A DNA stretch of 64,000 nt from an uncultured Desulfobacteraceae bacterium (GTDB lineage: Bacteria > Desulfobacterota > Desulfobacteria > Desulfobacterales > Desulfobacteraceae): NCBI GenBank assembly GCA_913041495.1, contig CAJWHT010000005.1, positions 332 through 64,331 of the forward strand, given 5' to 3'. Shown one piece after another: positions 40,207 through 48,642 of this stretch. The notes beneath the pieces were generated by a model that did not search any database, was not told the origin of the DNA, and saw only the letters and a list, made by a program, of their open reading frames with translations. Position 1 is the first letter of the stretch, and each line of letters opens with the position of its first letter. The position numbers and the translations under genes are program-made.

Positions 40207-40293
40207 CGGCCATGGGCCGCCCATGAATGTTATTCGGTGTGCCCACAACAAACTATGAAAGATTTCAACTGGTTGTGTGGTTCTTTCATATAA
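40204..40293 (+). repeat. structured intergenic repeat, copy A
   Basis: TAACGGCCATGGGCCGCCCA ... CCACAACAAAC ... ATGAAAGA-loop-TTCTTTCATATAA. The same blocks occur in the same order at 51202-51291 and 58820-58926. Confidence 0.85.
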
Positions 40294-40339
40294 AAAGATG
40301 GGCCTGTCAGAACGCAACCTCTAATGGAAAGGAGGCAAC

Positions 40340-40852
40340 ATGGATACCAGTGTCGGCGTTGTTCTTTTGGCGTCCGAGAATCAATTTCCGGAGGCAGGGC
40401 CTAAAAACCTGCTTCCCTTTTTTCACGAACCGGTCATTACCCGTTGCATCGACCGGATCCTTGACAGTGGTATCAAGGACATCGCTGTGGTCACAGGGCC
40501 GGACGGATACGAGGTGGGGGCTGCCCTGGAAGATTATCCGGTCTGCATCGTTGTAAGCGATTCACCTGTGTCTGATACCAGGGCCCAGGTGAAACTGGGC
40601 CTCAACGCCCTACCCCGGTATACCACCGGTTTGATTATTGCCAACTGCAGCAAGTCCCAGGCCTGTTTTGAGGATTACGGCTTTCTGGCGAACGTCCACC
40701 ACAGGGCCCCGCAGTATGCGGTGATACCGGGCCGGCCCCTGCAGGACAGCCATCCGGCACTGCTCCCAGTGGAAATGCCCCCCACGGAACTGGACAATAT
40801 CGTTCACCTGGAGCGACACCTGAAGAAAATTGCCTCCGGCGTATGGACGTAA
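40340..40852 (+). CDS. MobA/MocA-like nucleotidyltransferase-fold protein, divergent
   Basis: VGVVLLAS...KNLLPF...PVITRCIDRILDSGIKDIAVVTGP layout resembles NTP_transf_3. However, the GxSxRMG nucleotide loop is not conserved. Confidence 0.45.
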   Translation: MDTSVGVVLLASENQFPEAGPKNLLPFFHEPVITRCIDRILDSGIKDIAVVTGPDGYEVGAALEDYPVCIVVSDSPVSDTRAQVKLGLNALPRYTTGLIIANCSKSQACFEDYGFLANVHHRAPQYAVIPGRPLQDSHPALLPVEMPPTELDNIVHLERHLKKIASGVWT

Positions 40853-40917
40853 AGACGCTTTACACCGGGATGGGAGAAGAACACCACAACCATGAAAAAA
40901 GAAGGGAGGTGAATGTA

Positions 40918-41070
40918 ATGACCAAAGAAGAAAGACGCCTTGAAAAAGACGAACAGGGCAAGGACCTTGTGAACCAGAGAAAAAAAGAACGGCAGAAGAC
41001 CATGGACAAGCTGTCCATTGATTCATCCGAAGCCAAGACCTATGACCCGGATGATGAAAAATGCTCCTAA
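40918..41070 (+). CDS. possible 50-aa hydrophilic peptide
   Basis: Strong SD (AGGGAGGTG) 6 nt before the ATG at 40918. Lys/Glu/Asp-rich, no family. Confidence 0.3.
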   Translation: MTKEERRLEKDEQGKDLVNQRKKERQKTMDKLSIDSSEAKTYDPDDEKCS

Positions 41071-41083
41071 TCCGTAAAACGAT

Positions 41084-41148
41084 CCCGTAAAAAGCCTTGG
41101 TTCCGACAATCGATTTGAAGCATTTTTTTCCCCGGGGCTTTTTACGGG
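41084..41148 (+). promoter_or_regulatory. 13-bp perfect inverted repeat in the hcp leader
   Basis: CCCGTAAAAAGCC (41084-41096) and GGCTTTTTACGGG (41136-41148), with a 39-nt spacer, ending 25 nt before the hcp ATG. Confidence 0.35.
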
Positions 41149-41173
41149 GCCAGCAAGAAAGGTAAACCATCTC

Positions 41174-42802
41174 ATGTTTTGTTATCAATGTGAACAAACG
41201 GCAAAAGGAGAGGGCTGCACCGTCATGGGCGTGTGTGGGAAAAGTCCGGAAGTGGCAGCCCTTCAGGATCTTTTGATCTACAGCCTCATGGGCCTAAGCC
41301 AGGTAATGGAAGAAGCGGAGCGGATTGGTGTAAAAGATCCGTATATCGGAAGATTTATTGTAAAAGCCGCATTTTCAACCCTGACCAATGTGGATTTTGA
41401 TTCCCAGCGGTTTGTGGAGCTTATCCAGCAGTCCGTTGTATTGCGGGACCAGCTCAAGGACAAGGTGTCGGCACTGGGACAGTTTGTCAGTTTTCCTAAA
41501 GGGCCTGTTTCCTTTGAGCCGGCATCCACCCATGAAGAACTGGTCCGGCAGGCGGAAGATGTGGGCCTTTTCTCTTATCCGTCAGAAAATCCGGACATCC
41601 TTTCCCTGAAACATACGGTGCTGTTCGGTATCAAAGGGGTGGCAGCATATGCCGACCATGCCCAGATTTTAGGCGTTGAAGACGAAGCGGTTTACAAATA
41701 CATATTCAAGGGGCTGGCATCCCTCTGGCGCACGGATCTGGATAAGGAGGAATGGGTGGCGCTGGCCCTTGACTGCGGAAAAGCAGCCTACCGTGCCATG
41801 GAATTGCTTGACGAGGCCAATACCCGCACCTACGGCCACCCCGTGCCCACCCGCGTACCCCTGGGACACAAAAAAGGCAAGGCCATCCTGGTGTCAGGCC
41901 ACGATCTCAAGGACTTGGAGGAACTGCTGAAACAGACGCAGGGAAAAGGGATTTATGTTTACACCCACGGGGAGATGCTGAGCACCCACGGATATCCGGA
42001 ACTCAAAAAATACGACCATTTTTACGGCCAGTTCGGAACGGCATGGCAAAAGCAGATCAAAGAGTTTGCAGACTTTCCCGGGGCTGTTCTCATGACCACC
42101 AACTGCCTGATGCGGCCTCAAAAAAGTTACCAAAAGAATCTGTTTACCTGCGGTATGGTGGGATGGCCGGATATTCCCCACATTGAAGACCGGGATTTTA
42201 CCCGGGTCATCGACAGAGCCCTGGCGTTGACGGGGTTTGACCGGGATCATCTGGAGGGCGAGGTGTCTGTGGGATTTGCCAGAAACACGGTGACCGGTCT
42301 GGCGGACGAGATTCTGGACTGTGTCAAAAGCGGGGCGATCCGCCATTTCTTCCTGATTGCCGGGTGCGACGGCGCCAGACCCGGCCGCAATTATTACACG
42401 CGGTTCGCAGAAGCCGTACCCCGGGATTGCATTATCATGACCCTTGCCTGCGGAAAATACCGGTTCTTTGATCAATCCATGGGGGAAATCCAGGGCATTC
42501 CGAGGCTGCTGGATATGGGGCAGTGCAACGACGCCTACTCCGCTGTCCGTGTTGCCCAGGCTCTGTCAAAGGCCCTGGATACGGATATAAATGATCTGCC
42601 ACTGTCCCTGATTCTTTCCTGGTATGAGCAAAAGGCGGTTTGTGTCCTGCTGGCATTGCTGAGTCTGGGTATTAAGGATATCAGGCTGGGTCCCACATTG
42701 CCTGCATTTTTTACCCCCGGGGTACTGAAGGTGCTGACGGAGGCATTCAATATCATGCAAATCGATACGCCCAAGGAAGATATAAAGGCGATTCTGGGGT
42801 AA
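41174..42802 (+). CDS. hcp: hybrid cluster protein (hydroxylamine reductase)
   Basis: 542 aa. N-terminal MFCYQCEQTAKGEGCTVMGVCGK cysteine cluster, GHDLKDLEELL, and LACGKYRF...MGQCNDAYSA blocks. Confidence 0.95.
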   Translation: MFCYQCEQTAKGEGCTVMGVCGKSPEVAALQDLLIYSLMGLSQVMEEAERIGVKDPYIGRFIVKAAFSTLTNVDFDSQRFVELIQQSVVLRDQLKDKVSALGQFVSFPKGPVSFEPASTHEELVRQAEDVGLFSYPSENPDILSLKHTVLFGIKGVAAYADHAQILGVEDEAVYKYIFKGLASLWRTDLDKEEWVALALDCGKAAYRAMELLDEANTRTYGHPVPTRVPLGHKKGKAILVSGHDLKDLEELLKQTQGKGIYVYTHGEMLSTHGYPELKKYDHFYGQFGTAWQKQIKEFADFPGAVLMTTNCLMRPQKSYQKNLFTCGMVGWPDIPHIEDRDFTRVIDRALALTGFDRDHLEGEVSVGFARNTVTGLADEILDCVKSGAIRHFFLIAGCDGARPGRNYYTRFAEAVPRDCIIMTLACGKYRFFDQSMGEIQGIPRLLDMGQCNDAYSAVRVAQALSKALDTDINDLPLSLILSWYEQKAVCVLLALLSLGIKDIRLGPTLPAFFTPGVLKVLTEAFNIMQIDTPKEDIKAILG

Positions 42803-42856
42803 GAGGCCCGCACGGGCGGTGAGCGGCATATCCGGATCGCATCGAACAGGCCGTAA

Positions 42857-43630
42857 TTATTCGTTTTTTATCCGAATGTTGTGCCGCTTCATCGTCTCAC
42901 TGACGGCACACGCCAATTCATCTTTGCCCGGGTTTGCCCTGAGCATTTTATTGATAAGGCCGGTTCGGCCAAGGATATCAGAAAGCTGGGATGCGAACAG
43001 CAGTTCCGGATTTTCTATCATACCGGTAAAGCGGTGGGACAATTCCATGGAAATCAGGCCGTGCACCAGGCCGGTCACCTGGATCACATGGTGAATCAGA
43101 TCAACACCGGCATCAAGTGCCAGTCTTTCTTTTACCGCTGCCAGCATTTTTGAATAATCAGTGGGGAAATCTGCTTTGGGCAGAATGAGCCCCCCTGCCT
43201 TTTCAGCCCGGTCAAACAAGTTAAAAAAGAGCTTATATCCCCGATCAGCCAGTTCGGCTTGAGCACCGTTATCCGTTCCCAGCCCTGAAACCGGCTGTCC
43301 TGCAAACAGCGAAAAGGCGGAAGGGTTAGCCACGGCCCACTGCCGGTAGCGTATAAAGGTGGTGAATATTATGGTGGCGGTGTTCTTTTTTTCTTTAGAG
43401 GAGAAGGGTGCGGTCAGGGCCGAGTAAAAAGCATCCAGCGCATCCTCCACCAGTTGCGCCATAAGGGCTTCTCTGTTTTTAAAATAAGTGTAGAAGGCCG
43501 GTGCCGTCATCCCCATTTGCCGGGTAATGCTGTGGATGGTGACCGTCTGGTTTTGCCCGAGCAGATCCCAGGCAATGGATTTGATTTCCTCCACAGTGGC
43601 CTGTCTTAACTTTTCTCTTCGCGTTGTCAT
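42857..43630 (-). CDS. TetR/AcrR family transcriptional regulator
   Basis: N-terminal HTH: REKLRQATVEEIKSIAWDLL...VTIHSITRQMGMTAPAFYTYFKNREAL. Confidence 0.85.
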   Translation of the reverse strand: MTTRREKLRQATVEEIKSIAWDLLGQNQTVTIHSITRQMGMTAPAFYTYFKNREALMAQLVEDALDAFYSALTAPFSSKEKKNTATIIFTTFIRYRQWAVANPSAFSLFAGQPVSGLGTDNGAQAELADRGYKLFFNLFDRAEKAGGLILPKADFPTDYSKMLAAVKERLALDAGVDLIHHVIQVTGLVHGLISMELSHRFTGMIENPELLFASQLSDILGRTGLINKMLRANPGKDELACAVSETMKRHNIRIKNE

Positions 43631-43699
43631 AGGGTGGGTTATACCGGAAAGATTCCGGATTGACAAATTGTAATTTTAAGAATATTAAAAATAATTAAT

Positions 43700-43714
43700 A
43701 GTATTAAAAATACT
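43700..43714. promoter_or_regulatory. candidate TetR operator palindrome
   Basis: AGTATT-AAA-AATACT in the divergent TetR/M24 intergenic region. A second palindrome, CCGGAA-AGA-TTCCGG, lies at about 43644-43658. Confidence 0.3.
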
Positions 43715-43737
43715 GAATTTTATAAAGGAAACGGGCT

Positions 43738-44931
43738 ATGATTTCTCTTTCATCATATAAAAACAGGCGGAAGCGTTTGGCGGAGCGCTTGAAGGAAGAC
43801 AACCTGGATGCATTTCTGGCAAGCAGCACCGAAGGGATTTATTATCTGACCGGTGCCACCTTTGTGCCGGAGGAAAGGCCGTTTTTTATCCTGATCCTTC
43901 CATCGTCAGATCCTGTCCTCATCGTACCGAAACTGGAAGCGGCCCATATGGAAAAGGCGGGGATCGGCAAGGTCCGGGTGTATGATGAGTTTCCCGCCCC
44001 TGAAGGATCAGGATGGTCTGAGGTGCTGGCATCCTGTATCGACGGGGTCCGCAGTCTGGGTGTGGAACCTGATATCTCGGCTGCAAAACTGGCAAAAATA
44101 GACACATCTGACAGTGTTGAGACAATTGTCACCCCGGTGCTGGAAGAAATGCGCAAAATCAAAACACCGGAGGAAATCGCCATGATTGAAGAGACCGCAT
44201 CCTGGGCAGATTTCGGCATGGGGGAAATAATAAAGGCCAGTTACGACGGCGCCACTGTCGTTGAAATCTTTTCGCGGTCCAAATCCGTTCAGGCCAGGGT
44301 CATCCGGGATACCGATTATGATCCCATGGCATCCTCATTTCTGACCGCCTCATGGCCGGCACCATTCAGTGCCCAGCCCCACGGGATTCCGGAGATTGAT
44401 GACCGGATGGGGAAAGGTCCCATCGTGGCAATTTCTTACCTGAGGGTCAACGGTTATGCCGCCGAGGTGGAACGCACCTATTTTCATCACAGGCCAGACA
44501 CCCAGGAACGTGACATTTTTCACGATATGATGGCTGCCCGGGAACTTGCAACATCCATGGTCCGTCCCGGGATCGCCTGCCATGACATTGACCAGGCGGT
44601 GGTCGGGTTTCTTGAAAAGAAAGGCTACAAGGATTACCTGCTTCACCGCACCGGGCACGGCATTGGCCTGGGCAACCACGAAGGGCCCTGGGTGGCCCGG
44701 GGCAGCAGCGACATCCTGGCTGAAAACATGGTAATCAGCATAGAACCAGGGGTTTATATGCCTGATATCGGCGGGTTCAGGCATTCGGATACCTGCCTTG
44801 TGACAGACGGCGGGTGCCGGAGACTGACGAAATACCCGGACCGTATTGACGATCTGGTCATCACCGGTAAGAAGCCGGTTCGTCAATTTTTGGGCAAGCT
44901 GTTGCGCCGTCATCTGGGGATCGCCCCCTAA
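43738..44931 (+). CDS. M24 family metallopeptidase (Xaa-Pro peptidase / creatinase-like)
   Basis: Creatinase_N-like N-terminus and pita-bread C-domain with HRTGHGIGLGNHEGP and ISIEPGVY blocks. Confidence 0.88.
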   Translation: MISLSSYKNRRKRLAERLKEDNLDAFLASSTEGIYYLTGATFVPEERPFFILILPSSDPVLIVPKLEAAHMEKAGIGKVRVYDEFPAPEGSGWSEVLASCIDGVRSLGVEPDISAAKLAKIDTSDSVETIVTPVLEEMRKIKTPEEIAMIEETASWADFGMGEIIKASYDGATVVEIFSRSKSVQARVIRDTDYDPMASSFLTASWPAPFSAQPHGIPEIDDRMGKGPIVAISYLRVNGYAAEVERTYFHHRPDTQERDIFHDMMAARELATSMVRPGIACHDIDQAVVGFLEKKGYKDYLLHRTGHGIGLGNHEGPWVARGSSDILAENMVISIEPGVYMPDIGGFRHSDTCLVTDGGCRRLTKYPDRIDDLVITGKKPVRQFLGKLLRRHLGIAP

Positions 44932-45070
44932 AAAGCATCCTAAGTTCCCATATGGATTGATTTAATCATGAATTTTATTTATTATATGAATATTATTCAT
45001 CAACGCCTGTTGCCTGCCTTTCTTCTCCCAATTTCATGCGCCTGCCGGGCAATGGGGAAAGGAGTTATCC

Positions 45071-45730
45071 ATGAATCGATCGATCCACAAAATCATTGAT
45101 GAACAGATGCGGCGGTGGGAAATGTCCAAGCAGAATCCACCTGCGGAAATCAAAAGCCTTAGAACCATAACCATTTCAAGGGAATGCGGCAGCCAGGGCC
45201 AGGAGGTGGCCGAAAAGCTGGCCCGGGCAACGGGGTTTGATCTCTTTCATAACGAGATATTGGAAGCCATGATTGAAACATCCAAAAACTCCAGGACTCT
45301 CCTGGAAACCCTGGATGAGAAGGCCATGAATGTGGTGGATGACATTGTGGCCAACCTGGTTCACGAGCATCACCTCTGGCCGGACGAGTATTCAAAGTTG
45401 CTTCTCAGGATACTGAACACCATTGCCAAACACGGCAATGCCATTATTCTGGGCAGGGGGGCCAATTGTGCCCTGAAAAAAGCGGCTGCCTTGAAAATCC
45501 GGATTGTTGCCCCAGAATCCCTGCGCCGGGAACATATCCAGAATACCCGGGATATGAACTTCGACGATGCCCAGAAACTGATGGTGAGCACCGATGCCAA
45601 CAGGACAGCCTTTGTCAAACGCTACTTTAACTGTGATGCCGCCGACCCTGCCAACTACGACCTGATTCTCAACACAGGCACCCTGTCCGTGGATCGTACC
45701 GTTGAAATTATTCAATGCGCCATAAAGTAG
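45071..45730 (+). CDS. cytidylate-kinase-like family protein
   Basis: ITISRECGSQGQEVAEKLARATGFDLFHNEIL is the characteristic N-terminus of the Cytidylate_kin2 family. Confidence 0.75.
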   Translation: MNRSIHKIIDEQMRRWEMSKQNPPAEIKSLRTITISRECGSQGQEVAEKLARATGFDLFHNEILEAMIETSKNSRTLLETLDEKAMNVVDDIVANLVHEHHLWPDEYSKLLLRILNTIAKHGNAIILGRGANCALKKAAALKIRIVAPESLRREHIQNTRDMNFDDAQKLMVSTDANRTAFVKRYFNCDAADPANYDLILNTGTLSVDRTVEIIQCAIK

Positions 45731-45855
45731 ATATTTGCATTGTGTGAACTAGGCCTTGACTTCATTTGTAAAATTCATTTAGTGTGATCTACCGGATTAA
45801 ATCATATTGACCGAAACCTTAGCTATTGGCAAAATTAAGGTCAGGAGGCGATTGA

Positions 45856-46407
45856 ATGGAAGTTGTCAGGGCTGTTTTGAAACTGCTTCTGGTGATGGGA
45901 TTGTTCAGCACGGCATGGGCCGGTGGAAACCCTGATGACCTGTTGCCCCAACCTTCCTCTAAGCCTGTACCGGAACCTGCGGTGACTCAGCCCACAGATC
46001 CCCCTGCCTCATCTCAAACGGAGCTGCCCCGGCAGCCGGATTCTTTTTCCGGGACACCGGACTGGATTTACAGGGCATCGGACTGGGAGCTGAACCTGTA
46101 CATCACCCAGAAGGGGACCCGCAGCCAGGGCAGCCACGGCATCCTCATCTTTGAGGGAATTAACGTTGTGGGCACGCCGGGTGAAGTCCGGGCGTTGCCC
46201 ATCGGAACGGTTCAGTATAACGGACCTGCTGAAAGCAGGGTCAACCTGTGGGATGATACCGGTTGGCAGATGATTGACGCCCTGGTGAAACCCATCGTGA
46301 ATGAACCGGTGGCACCCGTGGATTTCGGGGCAGGAAAGAATTCGGATTCTCCGGCTCTCCTGAATGACAAGAATACGGACGCCAGTGACAATTTCCAGGT
46401 GGAATAA
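45856..46407 (+). CDS. secreted hypothetical protein
   Basis: Signal peptide LLLVMGLFSTAWA, a Pro-rich linker, then an unknown domain. SD AGGAGG. Confidence 0.55.
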   Translation: MEVVRAVLKLLLVMGLFSTAWAGGNPDDLLPQPSSKPVPEPAVTQPTDPPASSQTELPRQPDSFSGTPDWIYRASDWELNLYITQKGTRSQGSHGILIFEGINVVGTPGEVRALPIGTVQYNGPAESRVNLWDDTGWQMIDALVKPIVNEPVAPVDFGAGKNSDSPALLNDKNTDASDNFQVE

Positions 46408-46533
46408 GTACATAAGGCACAAAAGCATAAATACATCTTCCATTGAAATAGATGCTTTTTGCCAGCCCGGAGGCCTATTGGGGTTCATACGGTCTGAAAT
46501 GGAAGGTTTTAATTTGATGCACAGCCTAAATCA

Positions 46534-46579
46534 AAAAAGCCTTTTGATCCATTTACATATGGAATCAAAAGGCCTTTTT
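46534..46579. terminator. bidirectional terminator between convergent genes
   Basis: AAAAAGCCTTTTGATCCA pairs with TGGAATCAAAAGGCCTTTTT (two bulges). A-run and T-run lie on opposite flanks. Confidence 0.55.
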
Positions 46580-46631
46580 GTTTGAATTGAAAATCAGACC
46601 CGTTTTATTTTGAACCGGTCGGGCGGTAAAA

Positions 46632-47834
46632 TCACTTGATCGTCATCTGCTCCATGGCTTTTTTCATCTGGCGCACCGCCTGGCGGAGGCGTTCCTCGTT
46701 TTCAACCAGGGCCAGCCGGACGTACCCTTCACCTTCATCTGAAAATCCGGTGCCCGGTGCCACGGCCACGTTCCCCTTGTTCATCAACTGGATGGCAAAC
46801 TCCATGGCGCCCATCTGTGCGTAGGGTTCGGGGATTTTGGCCCAGACAAACATGCCCGCTTTGGGATTCTCAATGTCCCAGCCGTTGCGCCGCAGGCCGG
46901 AACATAGTACATCCCGCCGGGTTTCATATACCTTGCAGAGTTCGGGAATGGTCTCGTCGCAATCCCGCAGGGCAATGATGCCGGCCACCTGGATGGCGGA
47001 GAAAATTCCATAGTCAAAATATCCTTTGATTTTGCCCAGAGCGGATACGATCTGCTCGTTGCCTACGCAATAGCCGATACGCCATCCGGCCATGTTGTAG
47101 GATTTGGAAAATGAACCGAACTCCACTCCCACATCCTTGGCACCTTCCACTTCCAGAAAGCTTGGGGCCACATAGTCGTCATAGGTGATCTTGGCATAGG
47201 CAAAATCGTTGATGACCATGAATTTGAACCGCTTGGCCAGTTTAACGATCTCTTTGAAGAAATTTTTATCCGTTACCACACCCGTGGGATTGTGGGGATA
47301 GTTGAGCATCAGCACCCGGGGGCTGGGATAGCAGGATTCGCAGATATGGGCGATCCTGTCCAGAAAACCGTCTTCGGGTTCTATGGGGATTTTCATGACA
47401 TTGGCCCCTGCGATGACGGCGGCATAGATATGGATGGGAAAGGCCGGGGCAGGCACCAGCACGGAATCTCCGGGGCCCATGATGGCCAGGCACAGATGGG
47501 ATATCCCCTCTTTGGAACCGATGGTAAAATAGGTCTCTTTTTCCGCATCCAGGCTGATGCCGTAATGCCGGTTGTAGTATTTGGCAATTTCCTGTTTTAG
47601 ATGGGGCAGGCCGGAGCTTTCGGGATATCTGTGCGCCTTGGGATCCTGTGCCACTTCCACCAGCTTTTCAATCACTGCGTCCGGTGTCGGGTCCATGGGG
47701 TTTCCCATGCCAAGATCAATGACATCATCCCCGTTTCGCCGTTTTTCCATTTTCATTTTGTTGATCATGCCGAACAGATAAGGCGGCAGCTGATCCATAC
47801 GCGATGCAAACCGAATGATATTGTTTTCTTCCAC
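46632..47834 (-). CDS. alaC: class I/II PLP aminotransferase, AlaC (glutamate-pyruvate aminotransferase)-like
   Basis: Colinear with E. coli AlaC: DQLPPYLFGMINKMKMEKRRNGDDVIDLGMGNP, TIGSKEGISHL, SFSKSYNMAGWRIGY, AGMFVWAKIPE. GTG start with GAAGGAG. Confidence 0.8.
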   Translation of the reverse strand: MEENNIIRFASRMDQLPPYLFGMINKMKMEKRRNGDDVIDLGMGNPMDPTPDAVIEKLVEVAQDPKAHRYPESSGLPHLKQEIAKYYNRHYGISLDAEKETYFTIGSKEGISHLCLAIMGPGDSVLVPAPAFPIHIYAAVIAGANVMKIPIEPEDGFLDRIAHICESCYPSPRVLMLNYPHNPTGVVTDKNFFKEIVKLAKRFKFMVINDFAYAKITYDDYVAPSFLEVEGAKDVGVEFGSFSKSYNMAGWRIGYCVGNEQIVSALGKIKGYFDYGIFSAIQVAGIIALRDCDETIPELCKVYETRRDVLCSGLRRNGWDIENPKAGMFVWAKIPEPYAQMGAMEFAIQLMNKGNVAVAPGTGFSDEGEGYVRLALVENEERLRQAVRQMKKAMEQMTIK

Positions 47835-48012
47835 GGCTAACGCTCCTTCAAGGGGTTAAGAAAAAATAGAAACATAGCAGATTTTATTTAAAGATTAAAA
47901 CCCAAAAAATAAGGGGGGCGCAAATATTTGTCTTTGCGCTGAGATTGCCAAAACCTGAGAAAAAATGGTATCAAACGCTGATACTCTCAACGTCTAACAT
48001 AAGGACGCGTAA

Positions 48013-48630
48013 ATGAAACCACAGGAAATAGAAGATTTAAGTTTTAAGATCATCGAGGAAGAGGCGGGGGACCATGGATTTAACGCGGCGGAATGGCCCG
48101 TGGTCCGGCGGATGATCCATACCTCGGCTGATTTTGAATATATCCAGTCCATCCGGTTTAACGCCGATGCCGTAAACCGGGGGATTCAGGCCATCCGGTC
48201 CGGCTGCCTGATCGTGACGGACACCAACATGGCGCGGGTGGGCATCCGCAAGCGTGAGATCGAATCCTTCGGCGGCAGTGTTGACTGCCTGATCGGTGAT
48301 CCCCAGGTGGCGGAGAAGGCCAAAGAAAACGGCACCACCCGGGCCCTGGCAGCCGTGGATATGGCCTGTGAAACACTGGGACAAGGCATCTATGTGGTGG
48401 GAAATGCCCCCACGGCCCTGCTGCGGCTCATCGAACACATCCGTGCCGGAAAAGTATCACCGGCCCTGGTCCTGGGATTTCCCGTAGGCTTTGTCAATGC
48501 GGCGGAGTCCAAGGATGAGTTGATGGAGCTGGATATCCCCTATATCACCAACAAGGGGAGGAAAGGCGGTTCCAATATTGCGGCCAGCGTGGTCAATGCC
48601 CTGGCCATTGCGGCATTTGCAAAAGACTAA
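48013..48630 (+). CDS. cbiC: precorrin-8X / cobalt-precorrin-8 methylmutase
   Basis: 205 aa. IHTSADFEY, VTDTNM, VGNAPTAL and KGGSNIAA blocks. Confidence 0.9.
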   Translation: MKPQEIEDLSFKIIEEEAGDHGFNAAEWPVVRRMIHTSADFEYIQSIRFNADAVNRGIQAIRSGCLIVTDTNMARVGIRKREIESFGGSVDCLIGDPQVAEKAKENGTTRALAAVDMACETLGQGIYVVGNAPTALLRLIEHIRAGKVSPALVLGFPVGFVNAAESKDELMELDIPYITNKGRKGGSNIAASVVNALAIAAFAKD

Positions 48631-48642
48631 AAGGGGGTTGCC

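Noticed and set aside
40255-40293. 12-codon micro-ORF inside the repeat as a real gene
   Set aside because: There is no SD in any copy and copy C lacks a start codon. The conservation is equally explained by the hairpin arms. It is mentioned under the repeat finding only.
47835-48012. Cobalamin riboswitch upstream of cbiC
   Set aside because: The position would be expected for one. However, no B12-box-like sequence (AGYCMGG.G.CC) or GC-rich multi-stem core is visible. The region is AT-rich and short.
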